Shown: positions 29,975 to 38,816, counted from the stretch's first letter. The stretch is 64,000 nt of DNA from Candidatus Falkowbacteria bacterium (GCA_016432645.1 CP066698.1:709062-773061), one strand, 5' to 3'. Numbers and translations: made by a program. The notes: a model not told the origin generated them from the letters alone.

Positions 29975-31756
29975 GTGTCTTCACTTAAAACTAAAATTAC
30001 TTCGTATTTTGCAAGGGGGTACCAGGCTCTTTCTGTTTTTGGCATTTTTAGAAAAACGGGCCATGCCAGCCAGTCTGAGATAGACAAAAAATTAGTCTAT
30101 TCCCTTTCCCCACGCAAAATTCCTACTGGCAGCCAATTTAAACATTTGCCTAAGTTTTTAAATCCGAAAGAATATTTGTTTATTAAAATTTTTGGCATCT
30201 TGGCTATTGTTAATATTATTTATTTAGGCACAGTTTTTGTGCGCAGCCATCTCCAGTATACTCCGGCTAATGGCGGCGTTTATACGGAAGCAATTATTGG
30301 CTATCCAAAAACCATTAATCCGCTTTATGCCACCAGCCGCGATATGGATAACGACTTAAGTCGTTTAATCTACTCTTCGCTTTTTAAATATGATACCAAC
30401 GGAGTAATTATTCCTGATTTGGCTGCTAGCTATCAAGTTTCACCTGACGGCAAGGAATATACTATCGTTTTGCAAAATAATGCCAAATGGCATACCGGAG
30501 AAGCGGTAACAGCCGATGATGTTGTTTTTACTGTCGGTTTAATAAAAGATGAAAATTATCGCTCACCGCTTAGAACAGAGTTGTTGAATGTTAATGCGGA
30601 AAAGATTGACTCGCAGACGCTAAAATTTATTTTACCAGAAGCCTATGCTCCATTTTTGGAGATGTTGACTTTCGGAGTAATGCCAAAAAACCTTTGGGAA
30701 AACATTAATCCGGATGCCGCTAGTTTAACGGATCTCAATTTAAAACCAATCGGTTCCGGACCTTATAAATTTAAATCATTAGTTAAAAGTAAAAGTGGCG
30801 ACTTGAAAGAGTATCATTTAGAGGCCAATGAAGATTATTACGGCCAAAAGCCATATATTAAAAACATTACTTTCAAATTTTTCCCTGACTATACGGAAGC
30901 TATTAAGAGCTTTGATAATAATCAACTTGATGGCCTAAGCTACCTGCCATTTAATGAGCGCCATGAACTTTTAGTTAGAGATTCTGCTAATATGTTTGAT
31001 TTGGTTCGCCCGCAGATAGTCGGCATATTTTTTAACAAAGATAAAAATAAAGCTTTAGCCGATAAAGAAGTCCGCTCATCTTTAGCTAAAGCGATTGATA
31101 AAGAAAATTTAATTACTGAGATATTTTCCGGCGTTTATCAATCAGCTGATAGCCCAATTTTAAAAAATAGCCCTTATTATAATAATAATCTTGATAGCTA
31201 CGGCTATTCAGCTGAAGAAGCTAGAAGCGGTTTAAGCGGCAAGCTAAGCAGCATCGTGCTGACAGTGATTGATTTAAATAGTAATGTTGCCGTGGCTAAT
31301 AAGATTCAAGCCGATTGGTCTGCCGCCGGCGTTCCGGTAGAGTTAAAGGTAATTCCTTTGGAGCAAGCGGCCACCATTATTAAAAATCGCGATTTTGAGG
31401 CCTTGCTTTATGGGCAGGCGGTTGGCGGCGATCCGGATGTGTCCGCTTTTTGGCATTCTACGCAAATTGGCGCCAAGGGTTTAAACATCGCCGGTTATAG
31501 TAATGACGAGGCGGATAAATTGTTAATCGAAGCTAAGGGCAATATTTCTGAAACCGACCGCATTGCTAAATATCAGCGCTTTCAAGAAATTATTAATTCT
31601 GAAATTCCCGCTATTTTCTTATATTCACCAACCTATACTTACGTTCAGAGTAAAAAGATTAAAGGTTTTGTCGGCCAGACTATCATTGAGCCGGCTGATC
31701 GTTTTAGTCATATCTCCGATTGGTATATAAAAACTCATAAAAAATTGACCTGGTAA
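29975..31756 (+). CDS. membrane-anchored ABC-type substrate-binding protein, family 5 (peptide/nickel type)
   Basis: 593 aa with a GTG start and an N-terminal TM. Has the typical SBP_bac_5 core (..INPLYATSRDMDNDLSRLIYSSLFKYD..GPYKFKS..). No permease or ATPase gene is adjacent. Confidence 0.75.
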   Translation: MSSLKTKITSYFARGYQALSVFGIFRKTGHASQSEIDKKLVYSLSPRKIPTGSQFKHLPKFLNPKEYLFIKIFGILAIVNIIYLGTVFVRSHLQYTPANGGVYTEAIIGYPKTINPLYATSRDMDNDLSRLIYSSLFKYDTNGVIIPDLAASYQVSPDGKEYTIVLQNNAKWHTGEAVTADDVVFTVGLIKDENYRSPLRTELLNVNAEKIDSQTLKFILPEAYAPFLEMLTFGVMPKNLWENINPDAASLTDLNLKPIGSGPYKFKSLVKSKSGDLKEYHLEANEDYYGQKPYIKNITFKFFPDYTEAIKSFDNNQLDGLSYLPFNERHELLVRDSANMFDLVRPQIVGIFFNKDKNKALADKEVRSSLAKAIDKENLITEIFSGVYQSADSPILKNSPYYNNNLDSYGYSAEEARSGLSGKLSSIVLTVIDLNSNVAVANKIQADWSAAGVPVELKVIPLEQAATIIKNRDFEALLYGQAVGGDPDVSAFWHSTQIGAKGLNIAGYSNDEADKLLIEAKGNISETDRIAKYQRFQEIINSEIPAIFLYSPTYTYVQSKKIKGFVGQTIIEPADRFSHISDWYIKTHKKLTW

Positions 31757-31798
31757 TAAGCTAGGTTCAAATAACTCATAAAACTTAATACAAAACAC

Positions 31799-33658
31799 AT
31801 GTTTGTAAAGAATCAGAATGTTCCGACGAACTCGTCGAGAAGAAATTTTGTTAGTAATTCTTCGCGTCGCGTCGAAACTAGCAAGGTTATTAAAGTTGCC
31901 AGCACCCCTACGCCAGTTATTGGTAAATCGGTGCCTAAATTAAGAGCCCCTAGGCCGAAGTTTGTGCCTAATTTTAAACCGGCGCCGAGCGGTTCCGGCT
32001 TAAAAATCTGTCCGCTCGGCGGGCAGGAAGAAGTCGGCCGCAATTGTACCGTTTTTGAATATGATAATGATATTATCATTTTAGATATGGGCATGCAGTT
32101 TGCTGATGAAGATATGCCCGGAATAGATTATATTGTTCCGAATGTTGCTTCTTTGCGCGGTAAGGAAAAAAATATTCGCGGCGTTATTTTTAGCCATGGT
32201 CACCTTGATCATATCGGCGCTGCTCCAATTTTATTGGAGCAATTAGGGAACCCGCCGATTATTGGCCGCAAGCTGACCTTAGCGATGATTAAACACCGCC
32301 AGGAAGACTATAAGCGCGGAACAACTAAGAACTTAAAGACTATTGTCATTGACTCTATTGATCAAAAGATAAGTTTGGGAAAGTTCCAAATCAGCTTTTT
32401 TAAAGTTGAACATTCTATTATTGATGCTGTTGGCGTGATTATCCAAACGCCGCATGGCACCATAATCCATCCCGGAGACTGGACGATTGAGGATGATCCA
32501 CTAGAAGGCGAAGTCGTCGGTTATGAATACTTGTCTAAACTGCCTTCCCCGCGCATTCTAATGTTAGAAAGTCTGGGCGTGGCTTATAGTAAAGAACGCG
32601 TCCCGATTAAAACTAGCCAAGGAAATTTGGAAAAATTAATCAGCGAGGCCCCGGGACGCGTGATTATTGGTACTTTTGCTTCCCAGTTAGAACGCGTTAC
32701 CAGCCTTTTGGCTTATTGTGAAAAGATTGGCAAGAAAGTTATTCTTGATGGCTATGGCATGAAAATGAATGTAAAAATTGCTCAAGAATTGGGCTATATC
32801 CCTGCTCACAAAAATACTTTGATACCGGTAGAACAGATTGATAAATACCCGGAGAATAAAATTGTTGTAATTTGTACCGGAGCCCAAGGAGAATCCAATG
32901 CCGTTTTCTCCCGAATTGTTAATGGCAATCATCGCTATATAAATATCAGAAAATCAGATGTTGTCATCTTCTCTTCCTCGGTTATTCCCGGCAATGAGCG
33001 TTCCGTGCAGAAAGTTAAGGATTTAATTTATCGCTTAAGCGATCACGTTATTCATAGCAGCATTATGGATGTCCATTCCGGTGGCCATGCTAATATTGAT
33101 GACATCAAAAAAATCTTACATCAGATTAAACCCGATTATTTTTTACCAGTCTATGCCAATCACTACATGTTAGTGGAAACTAAGAAATTAGCGCTACGCG
33201 AAGGATTCCGCGATGATCAGGTTTTTGTGCTGGATAATGGAAATATAATTAAATTTCAAAAAGGTCGCCAACCCGTTATCTTAAAGGAAAAAGCCAATAC
33301 CGATTATGTAATGGTTGATGGTCTTGGTATCGGCGATGTTTCAGAAATTGTTTTGCGCGATAGGCGCATGATGGCTGATGATGGCATGATTGTTATTATT
33401 GCTACTATTGACGCCAAGACCGGAGCTATCATTGGCAACCCCGACTTAATTTCTCGAGGATTTGTGCATATGAAAGAAAATCGTGATTTGATTGAAAAGA
33501 CCAGGATGAAAGTCAAGCAGATCGTGAAGGACAAGAATCCGACTAGTGCCGCCGATGATGATTATATTAAAAATAAAATCAGGAATGAAATTGGACAATT
33601 CTTATTCAATTCTACCAAGCGCCGGCCGATGGTTTTGCCGGTTGTTATTAAAGTTTAA
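31799..33658 (+). CDS. rnj: ribonuclease J (beta-CASP metallo-beta-lactamase)
   Basis: 619 aa. ..GGQEEVGRNCTVFEY..HGHLDHIGA.. Has a ~65-aa basic low-complexity N-terminal extension. Confidence 0.9.
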   Translation: MFVKNQNVPTNSSRRNFVSNSSRRVETSKVIKVASTPTPVIGKSVPKLRAPRPKFVPNFKPAPSGSGLKICPLGGQEEVGRNCTVFEYDNDIIILDMGMQFADEDMPGIDYIVPNVASLRGKEKNIRGVIFSHGHLDHIGAAPILLEQLGNPPIIGRKLTLAMIKHRQEDYKRGTTKNLKTIVIDSIDQKISLGKFQISFFKVEHSIIDAVGVIIQTPHGTIIHPGDWTIEDDPLEGEVVGYEYLSKLPSPRILMLESLGVAYSKERVPIKTSQGNLEKLISEAPGRVIIGTFASQLERVTSLLAYCEKIGKKVILDGYGMKMNVKIAQELGYIPAHKNTLIPVEQIDKYPENKIVVICTGAQGESNAVFSRIVNGNHRYINIRKSDVVIFSSSVIPGNERSVQKVKDLIYRLSDHVIHSSIMDVHSGGHANIDDIKKILHQIKPDYFLPVYANHYMLVETKKLALREGFRDDQVFVLDNGNIIKFQKGRQPVILKEKANTDYVMVDGLGIGDVSEIVLRDRRMMADDGMIVIIATIDAKTGAIIGNPDLISRGFVHMKENRDLIEKTRMKVKQIVKDKNPTSAADDDYIKNKIRNEIGQFLFNSTKRRPMVLPVVIKV

Positions 33659-33682
33659 TAATAATTAAAGAAAATATAAAAT

Positions 33683-33710
33683 AAAAAATCCCGGAAAACG
33701 GGATTTTTTG
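33683..33710 (+). terminator. rho-independent terminator after rnj
   Basis: Stem ATCCCG (33688-33693)/CGGGAT (33699-33704), then a T-run. Confidence 0.7.
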
Positions 33711-33736
33711 TTGTTTATAAGTTGTGAATAAGGCTA

Positions 33737-33765
33737 TTGACAAACAATTTATGGTATGCTATATT
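33737..33765 (+). promoter_or_regulatory. near-consensus promoter with extended -10
   Basis: TTGACA (33737-33742), 17-nt spacer ending in TGC, TATATT (33760-33765). No protein-coding gene lies downstream on this strand. Confidence 0.6.
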
Positions 33766-33771
33766 ACTAAG

Positions 33772-33932
33772 TCGTCTTTGAGTGACGATTTTTGTTGAAA
33801 ACATATAAGGCCGTTTTAAACGGGACAGGCACGACAAGCATAGGAACGTTCTTCCTAGGATTTTCTGGCTTTTTAGCTCGAAAGTCCCTAGAAGAAGTTT
33901 TTTTGCCTCCCCGTTTAAGCCGGTCTTTTTTT
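33772..33932 (+). ncRNA. candidate ~160-nt structured small RNA (rod with central bubble; 6S-like architecture, family unassigned)
   Basis: 5' hairpin TCGTC/GACGA. Closing helix 33807-33830 pairs with 33905-33927 (19 bp, including TTAAACGGG/CCCGTTTAA). An 18-nt/8-nt internal bubble follows. The terminal imperfect hairpin is 33849-33865/33880-33896. A terminal T-run is present and there is no ORF. Confidence 0.4.
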
Positions 33933-34668
33933 ATTGGAATAACCTATCTTTTCCGACAATTACGCTGACCTTATCGCGATCTACGCTGACTTCGGCCGGA
34001 GTCTTAACTTCAATCACCCCATCAATCAATAATTGTTCGGTGGAGTTAGTGATGGTAAATTTACTTAGTTTTAAAAGCGTTTGGTCTTTTTTTCTGGTAT
34101 TTATAATAACATCTAACAGCCCATCATGAGGGTTGGAACCGATTAAGTTGGCTTTGTCGCTTAGTAAGTTAACTATTCTTACAGTTCCCTTGTCTTCAAT
34201 TTCTAAAGAATAATCGCCTAAATCAATCGTTGTTCCTAAACCTTCAATATTAGCTTCGTTTAAAAAATAGCGGTCACCGACTAGCCCTAGGTCAATCTTT
34301 TCTATGCGGCGCGCCAATAGAATGTTGCAGGCCTCTTCCTCGTTTTTTATTCCGAAAGAGGTAGCAATTGAGTTGTCGTTGCCAATCGGAATTATTCCAA
34401 GCAAAGTTTTTCTTTGGAAGTCGCCATAAATATCAGTATCAATAATAGCCCCGATTATTTTATTAACCGTTTGATTATTGCCAACAGCGACAATGGTTTT
34501 AGCTCCTAATTTGATTTCGTTTTGAATAGTCCCCTTAATGTTTTTAATGCCTCCCAGGCGGATAATTTTCCCATTTAATCCTAAGTCGGTTAACCTGATT
34601 TCCATGCGGTTTACGGCTTTGCTATACTTACTTTTATTCAAATAGTCATCATAAATATAAACGTGCAT
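33931..34668 (-). CDS. diacylglycerol/lipid kinase catalytic-domain-like protein (YegS/BmrU-like) with a degenerate nucleotide-binding motif
   Basis: 245 aa. The layout matches DAGK_cat, but the GGDGT position reads VGNNQT and the PxGTxN position reads PIGNDN. Confidence 0.4.
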   Translation of the reverse strand: MHVYIYDDYLNKSKYSKAVNRMEIRLTDLGLNGKIIRLGGIKNIKGTIQNEIKLGAKTIVAVGNNQTVNKIIGAIIDTDIYGDFQRKTLLGIIPIGNDNSIATSFGIKNEEEACNILLARRIEKIDLGLVGDRYFLNEANIEGLGTTIDLGDYSLEIEDKGTVRIVNLLSDKANLIGSNPHDGLLDVIINTRKKDQTLLKLSKFTITNSTEQLLIDGVIEVKTPAEVSVDRDKVSVIVGKDRLFQ

Positions 34669-34689
34669 AGCGGTTTTTTGAGGAGCTGA

Positions 34690-35100
34690 TTACTCTTCTA
34701 TTAATTTATTTTCATTTTCCTCTTCTTTTTCAGTTCCCTTTTTTCCCGGTTCACCGGTTGCCAGTAGCTGGCCATTGATAATTGCGCCCTTTTCAATAGA
34801 TAATACTCCGTATTGGACATCACCATTTATTTTGGCGGTACCGCCGAGTGATAAATAATTTTTTACTTTTGTGTTTCCTTTTATTTCACCGTTAACAATT
34901 AAGTCTCGCGCTTCTACCGCGGCGACCACTTTAGCCTTTTCGCCGATAAAAATACTAGCATCGGTTTTAAGAGAACCCTCCAGGGTTCCTTCAATAATAA
35001 TGTTTCCTTGCCCATGAAAGTTGCCCTTAACTTTAATGGAGGCGCCGATTACTGTTTCTGCGTCTTTGAATTTTTCCAGCTTGTTTTCTCTGTTGAACAT
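34690..35100 (-). CDS. bactofilin-family polymer-forming cytoskeletal protein
   Basis: 136 aa. Repetitive beta-helix pattern (..IKVKGNFHGQGNIIIEGTLEGSL..VNGEIKGNTKV..INGDVQYGVLSIEKGAIINGQL) with an acidic tail. Confidence 0.85.
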   Translation of the reverse strand: MFNRENKLEKFKDAETVIGASIKVKGNFHGQGNIIIEGTLEGSLKTDASIFIGEKAKVVAAVEARDLIVNGEIKGNTKVKNYLSLGGTAKINGDVQYGVLSIEKGAIINGQLLATGEPGKKGTEKEEENENKLIEE

Positions 35101-35135
35101 ATGTTTAAAGGTGAATATTAGTCTAACTGCTTTTC

Positions 35136-35164
35136 ATTTTAGTTTAATCTTACAGGCTTGTCAA
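35136..35164 (-). promoter_or_regulatory. promoter of the bactofilin operon
   Basis: The minus strand reads TTGACA (35164-35159), 17-nt spacer, TAAAAT (35141-35136). Confidence 0.55.
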
Positions 35165-35252
35165 AGAAAATATTTGAAAAACGAGAAGTTTTAGTATAAG
35201 ATGAAGTCAGGTTAACTTATAATTTTTGTGTTAGCCTGGATTATCTTTTTTG

Positions 35253-35324
35253 GTTCCCATAGTTCAATGGATAGAACAAGAATCTCCTAAGTTCTAAATC
35301 CAGGTTCGACTCCTGGTGGGAACA
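35253..35324 (+). tRNA. tRNA-Arg (anticodon CCU)
   Basis: Acceptor GTTCCCA/TGGGAAC, anticodon stem AGAAT/GTTCT, loop CT-CCT-AA, T-arm CCAGG-TTCGACT-CCTGG. Confidence 0.85.
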
Positions 35325-35345
35325 CCTATTTGGTATTTTTATTGT

Positions 35346-35369
35346 TTTTTGTCAATATATTGACAAAAA
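35346..35369. repeat. 24-nt perfect palindrome overlapping a -35 element (possible operator)
   Basis: TTTTTGTCAATA|TATTGACAAAAA. It contains TTGACA in both orientations. Confidence 0.8.
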
Positions 35370-35388
35370 GATAAAATATAGTTATTAT
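35360..35388 (+). promoter_or_regulatory. promoter P1 upstream of tRNA-Ala(GGC)
   Basis: TTGACA (35360-35365), 17-nt spacer, TATTAT (35383-35388). Confidence 0.5.
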
Positions 35389-35395
35389 GATGGCC

Positions 35396-35423
35396 TTGAC
35401 AATAATTATGGATTAGCTATACT
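35396..35423 (+). promoter_or_regulatory. promoter P2 upstream of tRNA-Ala(GGC)
   Basis: TTGACA (35396-35401), 16-nt spacer, TATACT (35418-35423). Confidence 0.55.
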
Positions 35424-35568
35424 TTTATAGTAGCTTTAGGGATATTTAGTTGGTTTGTTTATTTGTTATATTGTTTATATAAAGAAATAATAAAGAATTA
35501 ATAAACAAAAGTTAAAATAAAAATAAAATGTTCCTTAAGGAACATTGAAGTAAAGATAAAATAATTAT

Positions 35569-35642
35569 GGGCCATTAGCTCAGTTGGCTAGAGCGCTTCC
35601 ATGGCATGGAAGAGGTCAAGGGTTCAAGTCCCTTATGGTCCA
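35569..35642 (+). tRNA. tRNA-Ala (anticodon GGC)
   Basis: Acceptor GGGCCAT/ATGGTCC with G3:U70. Anticodon stem CTTCC/GGAAG, loop AT-GGC-AT, T-arm AAGGG-TTCAAGT-CCCTT. Confidence 0.85.
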
Positions 35643-35645
35643 CAT

Positions 35646-35673
35646 TAAAAAACCAGCTTATGCTGGTTTTTTG
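35646..35673 (+). terminator. rho-independent terminator after tRNA-Ala
   Basis: Stem AACCAGC (35651-35657)/GCTGGTT (35662-35668), then a T-run. Confidence 0.75.
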
Positions 35674-35722
35674 ATAACTAAAAATGTGTTATAATTTATT
35701 ATATTCAATATATTAATGATAT

Positions 35723-36304
35723 ATGCAAAAAAGGATATTTATAATCCATGGCTGGGGAGGCTTGGCTAATGAGGGCTGGCTTGGTTGGTTAAAAGAGGAA
35801 TTATTGCTAAAGGGCTTCGATGTTTTTTCCTTACAAATGCCAAACACTAATGAACCCAGGATTAAAGCCTGGGTGGCAACTATTACAAAGGCAGTAGGGA
35901 AAACAGACCAAAACACCTTCTTTGTCGGCCATAGTATTGGATGTCAGGCAATCGTTCGCTATTTGGGCCAGCTGCCAGATGATGAAGTATCGGGTGGAGT
36001 CGTTTTTGTAGCCGGATTTTTTAAGAGGTTAACTAATATGGGTGATGATGAGTTGTCACGAAGTGTTATTGATGAATGGTTAGGGGCTCACTTAGATTTA
36101 ACTACAGTCAGAAGGCATTTGCTGGACAGCGTGGCCATATTTTCTGATGATGATCCATATGTCCCCATTGATAATATCGAAGACTTTAAAAATATATTAA
36201 AATCAAAAATAATTATTGAACATGAGCAGGGGCATTTTTCTGGTGACTCTGGTTTGCCAAAATATGATGTTATTTTGCAGGCGGCGCTTAATGTTATTGA
36301 ATAA
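35723..36304 (+). CDS. alpha/beta serine hydrolase, YdeN/RBBP9-like family
   Basis: 193 aa. ..IFIIHGWGG..W..WLK.. N-terminus, nucleophile elbow GHSIGC, and a C-terminal ..EHEQGHF.. His. Confidence 0.7.
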   Translation: MQKRIFIIHGWGGLANEGWLGWLKEELLLKGFDVFSLQMPNTNEPRIKAWVATITKAVGKTDQNTFFVGHSIGCQAIVRYLGQLPDDEVSGGVVFVAGFFKRLTNMGDDELSRSVIDEWLGAHLDLTTVRRHLLDSVAIFSDDDPYVPIDNIEDFKNILKSKIIIEHEQGHFSGDSGLPKYDVILQAALNVIE

Positions 36305-36349
36305 TGCTGTTTAAAAATCAAGTAACTATAGCGGTTGTTGAAAATAGAG

Positions 36350-36385
36350 GAAAAGTCCACAAAAATGTGGACTCTTCTTTTTTAT
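36350..36385 (+). terminator. rho-independent terminator
   Basis: Stem AGTCCACA (36354-36361)/TGTGGACT (36366-36373), then a T-rich run. Confidence 0.7.
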
Positions 36386-36583
36386 TTAGCTAATATTAAA
36401 CAAAATATTTTAGTGATAAACTTGTGGATAACATGTTATTATACTGGTTGATTTTACTAATTTTACCTATTTACTTAGTTTGATATTTTTTTAATTTGAG
36501 GTTTGCTTTTAATATTTAAAAACTTTATAATAAAATTATCATTAATTAATTTTTCACCGTTTAATGGTGATATTGTTTATTCT

Positions 36584-37495
36584 ATGTACGACGTTATAAT
36601 TATTGGTTCCGGCCCGGCTGGAATGACTGCAGGTATTTTTGCGGTTAGAAGGGAAATGAAAACTCTGATTATCGGTAAGGAGGTTGGTGGCCAATTAGTT
36701 TGGGCCAATGAGATTGAAAATTATCCCGGTTTTGAGATGATTAAAAGTTTTGAACTCATTCAAAGGATTAAACAGCAAACAGAAAAGGCGGGCGCTGAGT
36801 TTAAGGATGATGAGGTAAAGCGTATTGAAAAAACTGAAGATGGCACCTTCATCTTATATACTAGTCGGGAATCATTTGCCGCCAAAACAGTGATTGTGGC
36901 CATGGGGCTGTCTCCTCGCCGCCTAGCTGTTCCTGGAGAAATTGAGTTAAATGGGCAAGGGGTTTCCTATTGTGCTAATTGCGACGGACCTTTTTATAAG
37001 AATAAGCGCGTTGCGGTTATCGGCGGCGGCAATTCGGCGCTTGATGCAGCTGAGCTGATGTCTAAAATAGCCGCCCAAGTTTATCTAATCCATCGTAACG
37101 AGTCATTTAAGGCATTTGATACTTTACTGGATGAAGTTAAAGGGAGGGAAAATGTAGAGATGATTTTAAATTCGGAAATTAAGAACATCGCTGGTGATGG
37201 TAAGGTTGAAAAAATTATTATTTTAGATAGGCAGACTAAAGCCGAACGCGAGATTGAGCTGGATGGGGTATTTGTGGAGGTTGGTCGTATCGCCAGCACT
37301 GATTTAGTCGGTGAATTTGTGGAGCGCAATGAAAAGAACCAAATTATTGTTAATAAAAATATGGAAACTAAAACACCGGGGCTCTTTGCTGCCGGTGATG
37401 TAACTGACTGTACGTTTAAGCAGATAACGGTAGCGATGGGTGAGGCGACGACTGCGGCTTTAATGGCTTATCAACATATTCAAATGAAGGCTTAA
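36584..37495 (+). CDS. trxB: thioredoxin-disulfide reductase
   Basis: MYDVIIIGSGPAGMTAG (FAD GxGxxG) begins at the ATG at 36584. Has the redox-active CANCDG and NADPH motif GGGNSALD. Confidence 0.9.
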   Translation: MYDVIIIGSGPAGMTAGIFAVRREMKTLIIGKEVGGQLVWANEIENYPGFEMIKSFELIQRIKQQTEKAGAEFKDDEVKRIEKTEDGTFILYTSRESFAAKTVIVAMGLSPRRLAVPGEIELNGQGVSYCANCDGPFYKNKRVAVIGGGNSALDAAELMSKIAAQVYLIHRNESFKAFDTLLDEVKGRENVEMILNSEIKNIAGDGKVEKIIILDRQTKAEREIELDGVFVEVGRIASTDLVGEFVERNEKNQIIVNKNMETKTPGLFAAGDVTDCTFKQITVAMGEATTAALMAYQHIQMKA

Positions 37496-37538
37496 CTGCT
37501 ATAATAAAGATATAAATAATTTTATATCTTTGTTTTAT

Positions 37539-38816
37539 ATGGGGCTTAAGAAAATAAATTTGGTGGCCGCCGACATGGGCTATGGTCATCAGCGCGCCGC
37601 TTATCCACTTTTAGATTTAAGCGGCGGGGAAGTAATTACCATCAATGATTATAAGGGCATACTTGATTGGGAAAAAAAATATTGGATTGACAGCTTGCGC
37701 TCTTATGAAAAAATTTCTCGCTTGAATAAGATTCCTGTTTTTGGCTCGGCTGTTTTTGCCGTGATGGATGCTTTTCAAAAAATCCATGATTTCTATCCTT
37801 TCCGCGATCTTTCGCGTCCGACTGTCCAGCAAGAATATTTTTTCAAATTTATTAAAAAGGGATTAGGCAAGGCTTTAATTGAGAAGCTTAACAAGACTAA
37901 GCTTCCTTTTGTCACAACCTTCTTTGTAGCGGCTTATATTGCGGAATATTATAATTATCAGGGCGACATATATTGCATTATTTGTGATACTGATGCTTCG
38001 CGTGCTTGGGCGCCGCTTCATCCTGCTCTTAGTAAAACTAAATTTTTAGTGCCGAGCGAAAAAGTGAGAACCAGATTTTTAATGTATGGCGTAAAACCAG
38101 AAAATATTATTGTTTCCGGCTTTCCTTTGCCGAAGGAAAATGTGGGCGCTCATCAAGAAATTGCTAAACAAGATTTAGGTGCGCGTTTGAGCCGCCTAGA
38201 TCCAACTGGTCATTATCTAACTACTTATCAATCTTTAATTTCTAGCCTTAAATTTAAAAAAGATACTACTAGGCGCCCTTTAACTCTAATGTTTGCCGTT
38301 GGCGGTGCCGGCGCGCAAAAAGAAATTGGCGCTTTAATTTTAAAGAAATTAGCCCCTAGCATTAAAGCGAAGAAAATTAATCTTAATTTGATTGCCGGTA
38401 ATCGCCCGGAAATTAAAAATTATTTTCAGGAGCATATTAAAATTAACCAGTTGAAAGAGGGCAGTGGAGTTAAGGTTATTTTTGCTTCCGACAAGCTAAA
38501 ATATTTTAAGATGTTTAATTTAGCGTTAAGGGAAACGGATGTTCTTTGGACCAAGCCTTCGGAATTATCTTTTTATGCCGCTTTGGGGTTACCGATTATT
38601 ATGTCCGCTCCGGTTGGCAGCCAGGAAGATTTTAATCGCGAATGGCTGCTTAATATTGGTGCCGGCATTGATAGTCCGGAGGCGGAATTTGTTGATGAAT
38701 GGCTGCCTGATTTACTGGCTTCCGGACGTTTAGCGCGGGCTGCAGTTGACGGGTTTATTAATGCTAATAATCTGGGTGCTTATAAAATTGAAAAAATATT
38801 ATTAAAAAAGAAATAA
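37539..38816 (+). CDS. GT-B glycosyltransferase, MGDG-synthase/UgtP-like (GT28-type)
   Basis: N-terminal ..VAADMGYGHQRAA.. (G-x-GH motif). C-terminal ..PSELSFYAALGLPIIMSAPVGSQEDFNREWL.. (sugar-donor half). Confidence 0.5.
   Translation: MGLKKINLVAADMGYGHQRAAYPLLDLSGGEVITINDYKGILDWEKKYWIDSLRSYEKISRLNKIPVFGSAVFAVMDAFQKIHDFYPFRDLSRPTVQQEYFFKFIKKGLGKALIEKLNKTKLPFVTTFFVAAYIAEYYNYQGDIYCIICDTDASRAWAPLHPALSKTKFLVPSEKVRTRFLMYGVKPENIIVSGFPLPKENVGAHQEIAKQDLGARLSRLDPTGHYLTTYQSLISSLKFKKDTTRRPLTLMFAVGGAGAQKEIGALILKKLAPSIKAKKINLNLIAGNRPEIKNYFQEHIKINQLKEGSGVKVIFASDKLKYFKMFNLALRETDVLWTKPSELSFYAALGLPIIMSAPVGSQEDFNREWLLNIGAGIDSPEAEFVDEWLPDLLASGRLARAAVDGFINANNLGAYKIEKILLKKK

Noticed and set aside
33880-33887. 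GAAAGTCC, resembling the RNase P RNA CR-I motif (GGAAAGUCC), within the candidate sRNA
   Set aside because: The whole promoter-to-terminator unit is only about 160 nt, far shorter than any bacterial RNase P RNA. The other conserved regions (CR-II to CR-V, the P4 partner strand) are not present in the right orientation.
36423-36431. Perfect DnaA box TGTGGATAA (TTATCCACA) upstream of trxB, near CCACA/TGTGG motifs in the 36354-36373 terminator stem
   Set aside because: It is a single perfect box with no AT-rich unwinding element or box cluster. The neighbouring CCACA motifs are explained by the terminator hairpin, so this is most likely chance or a minor DnaA titration site rather than an origin.
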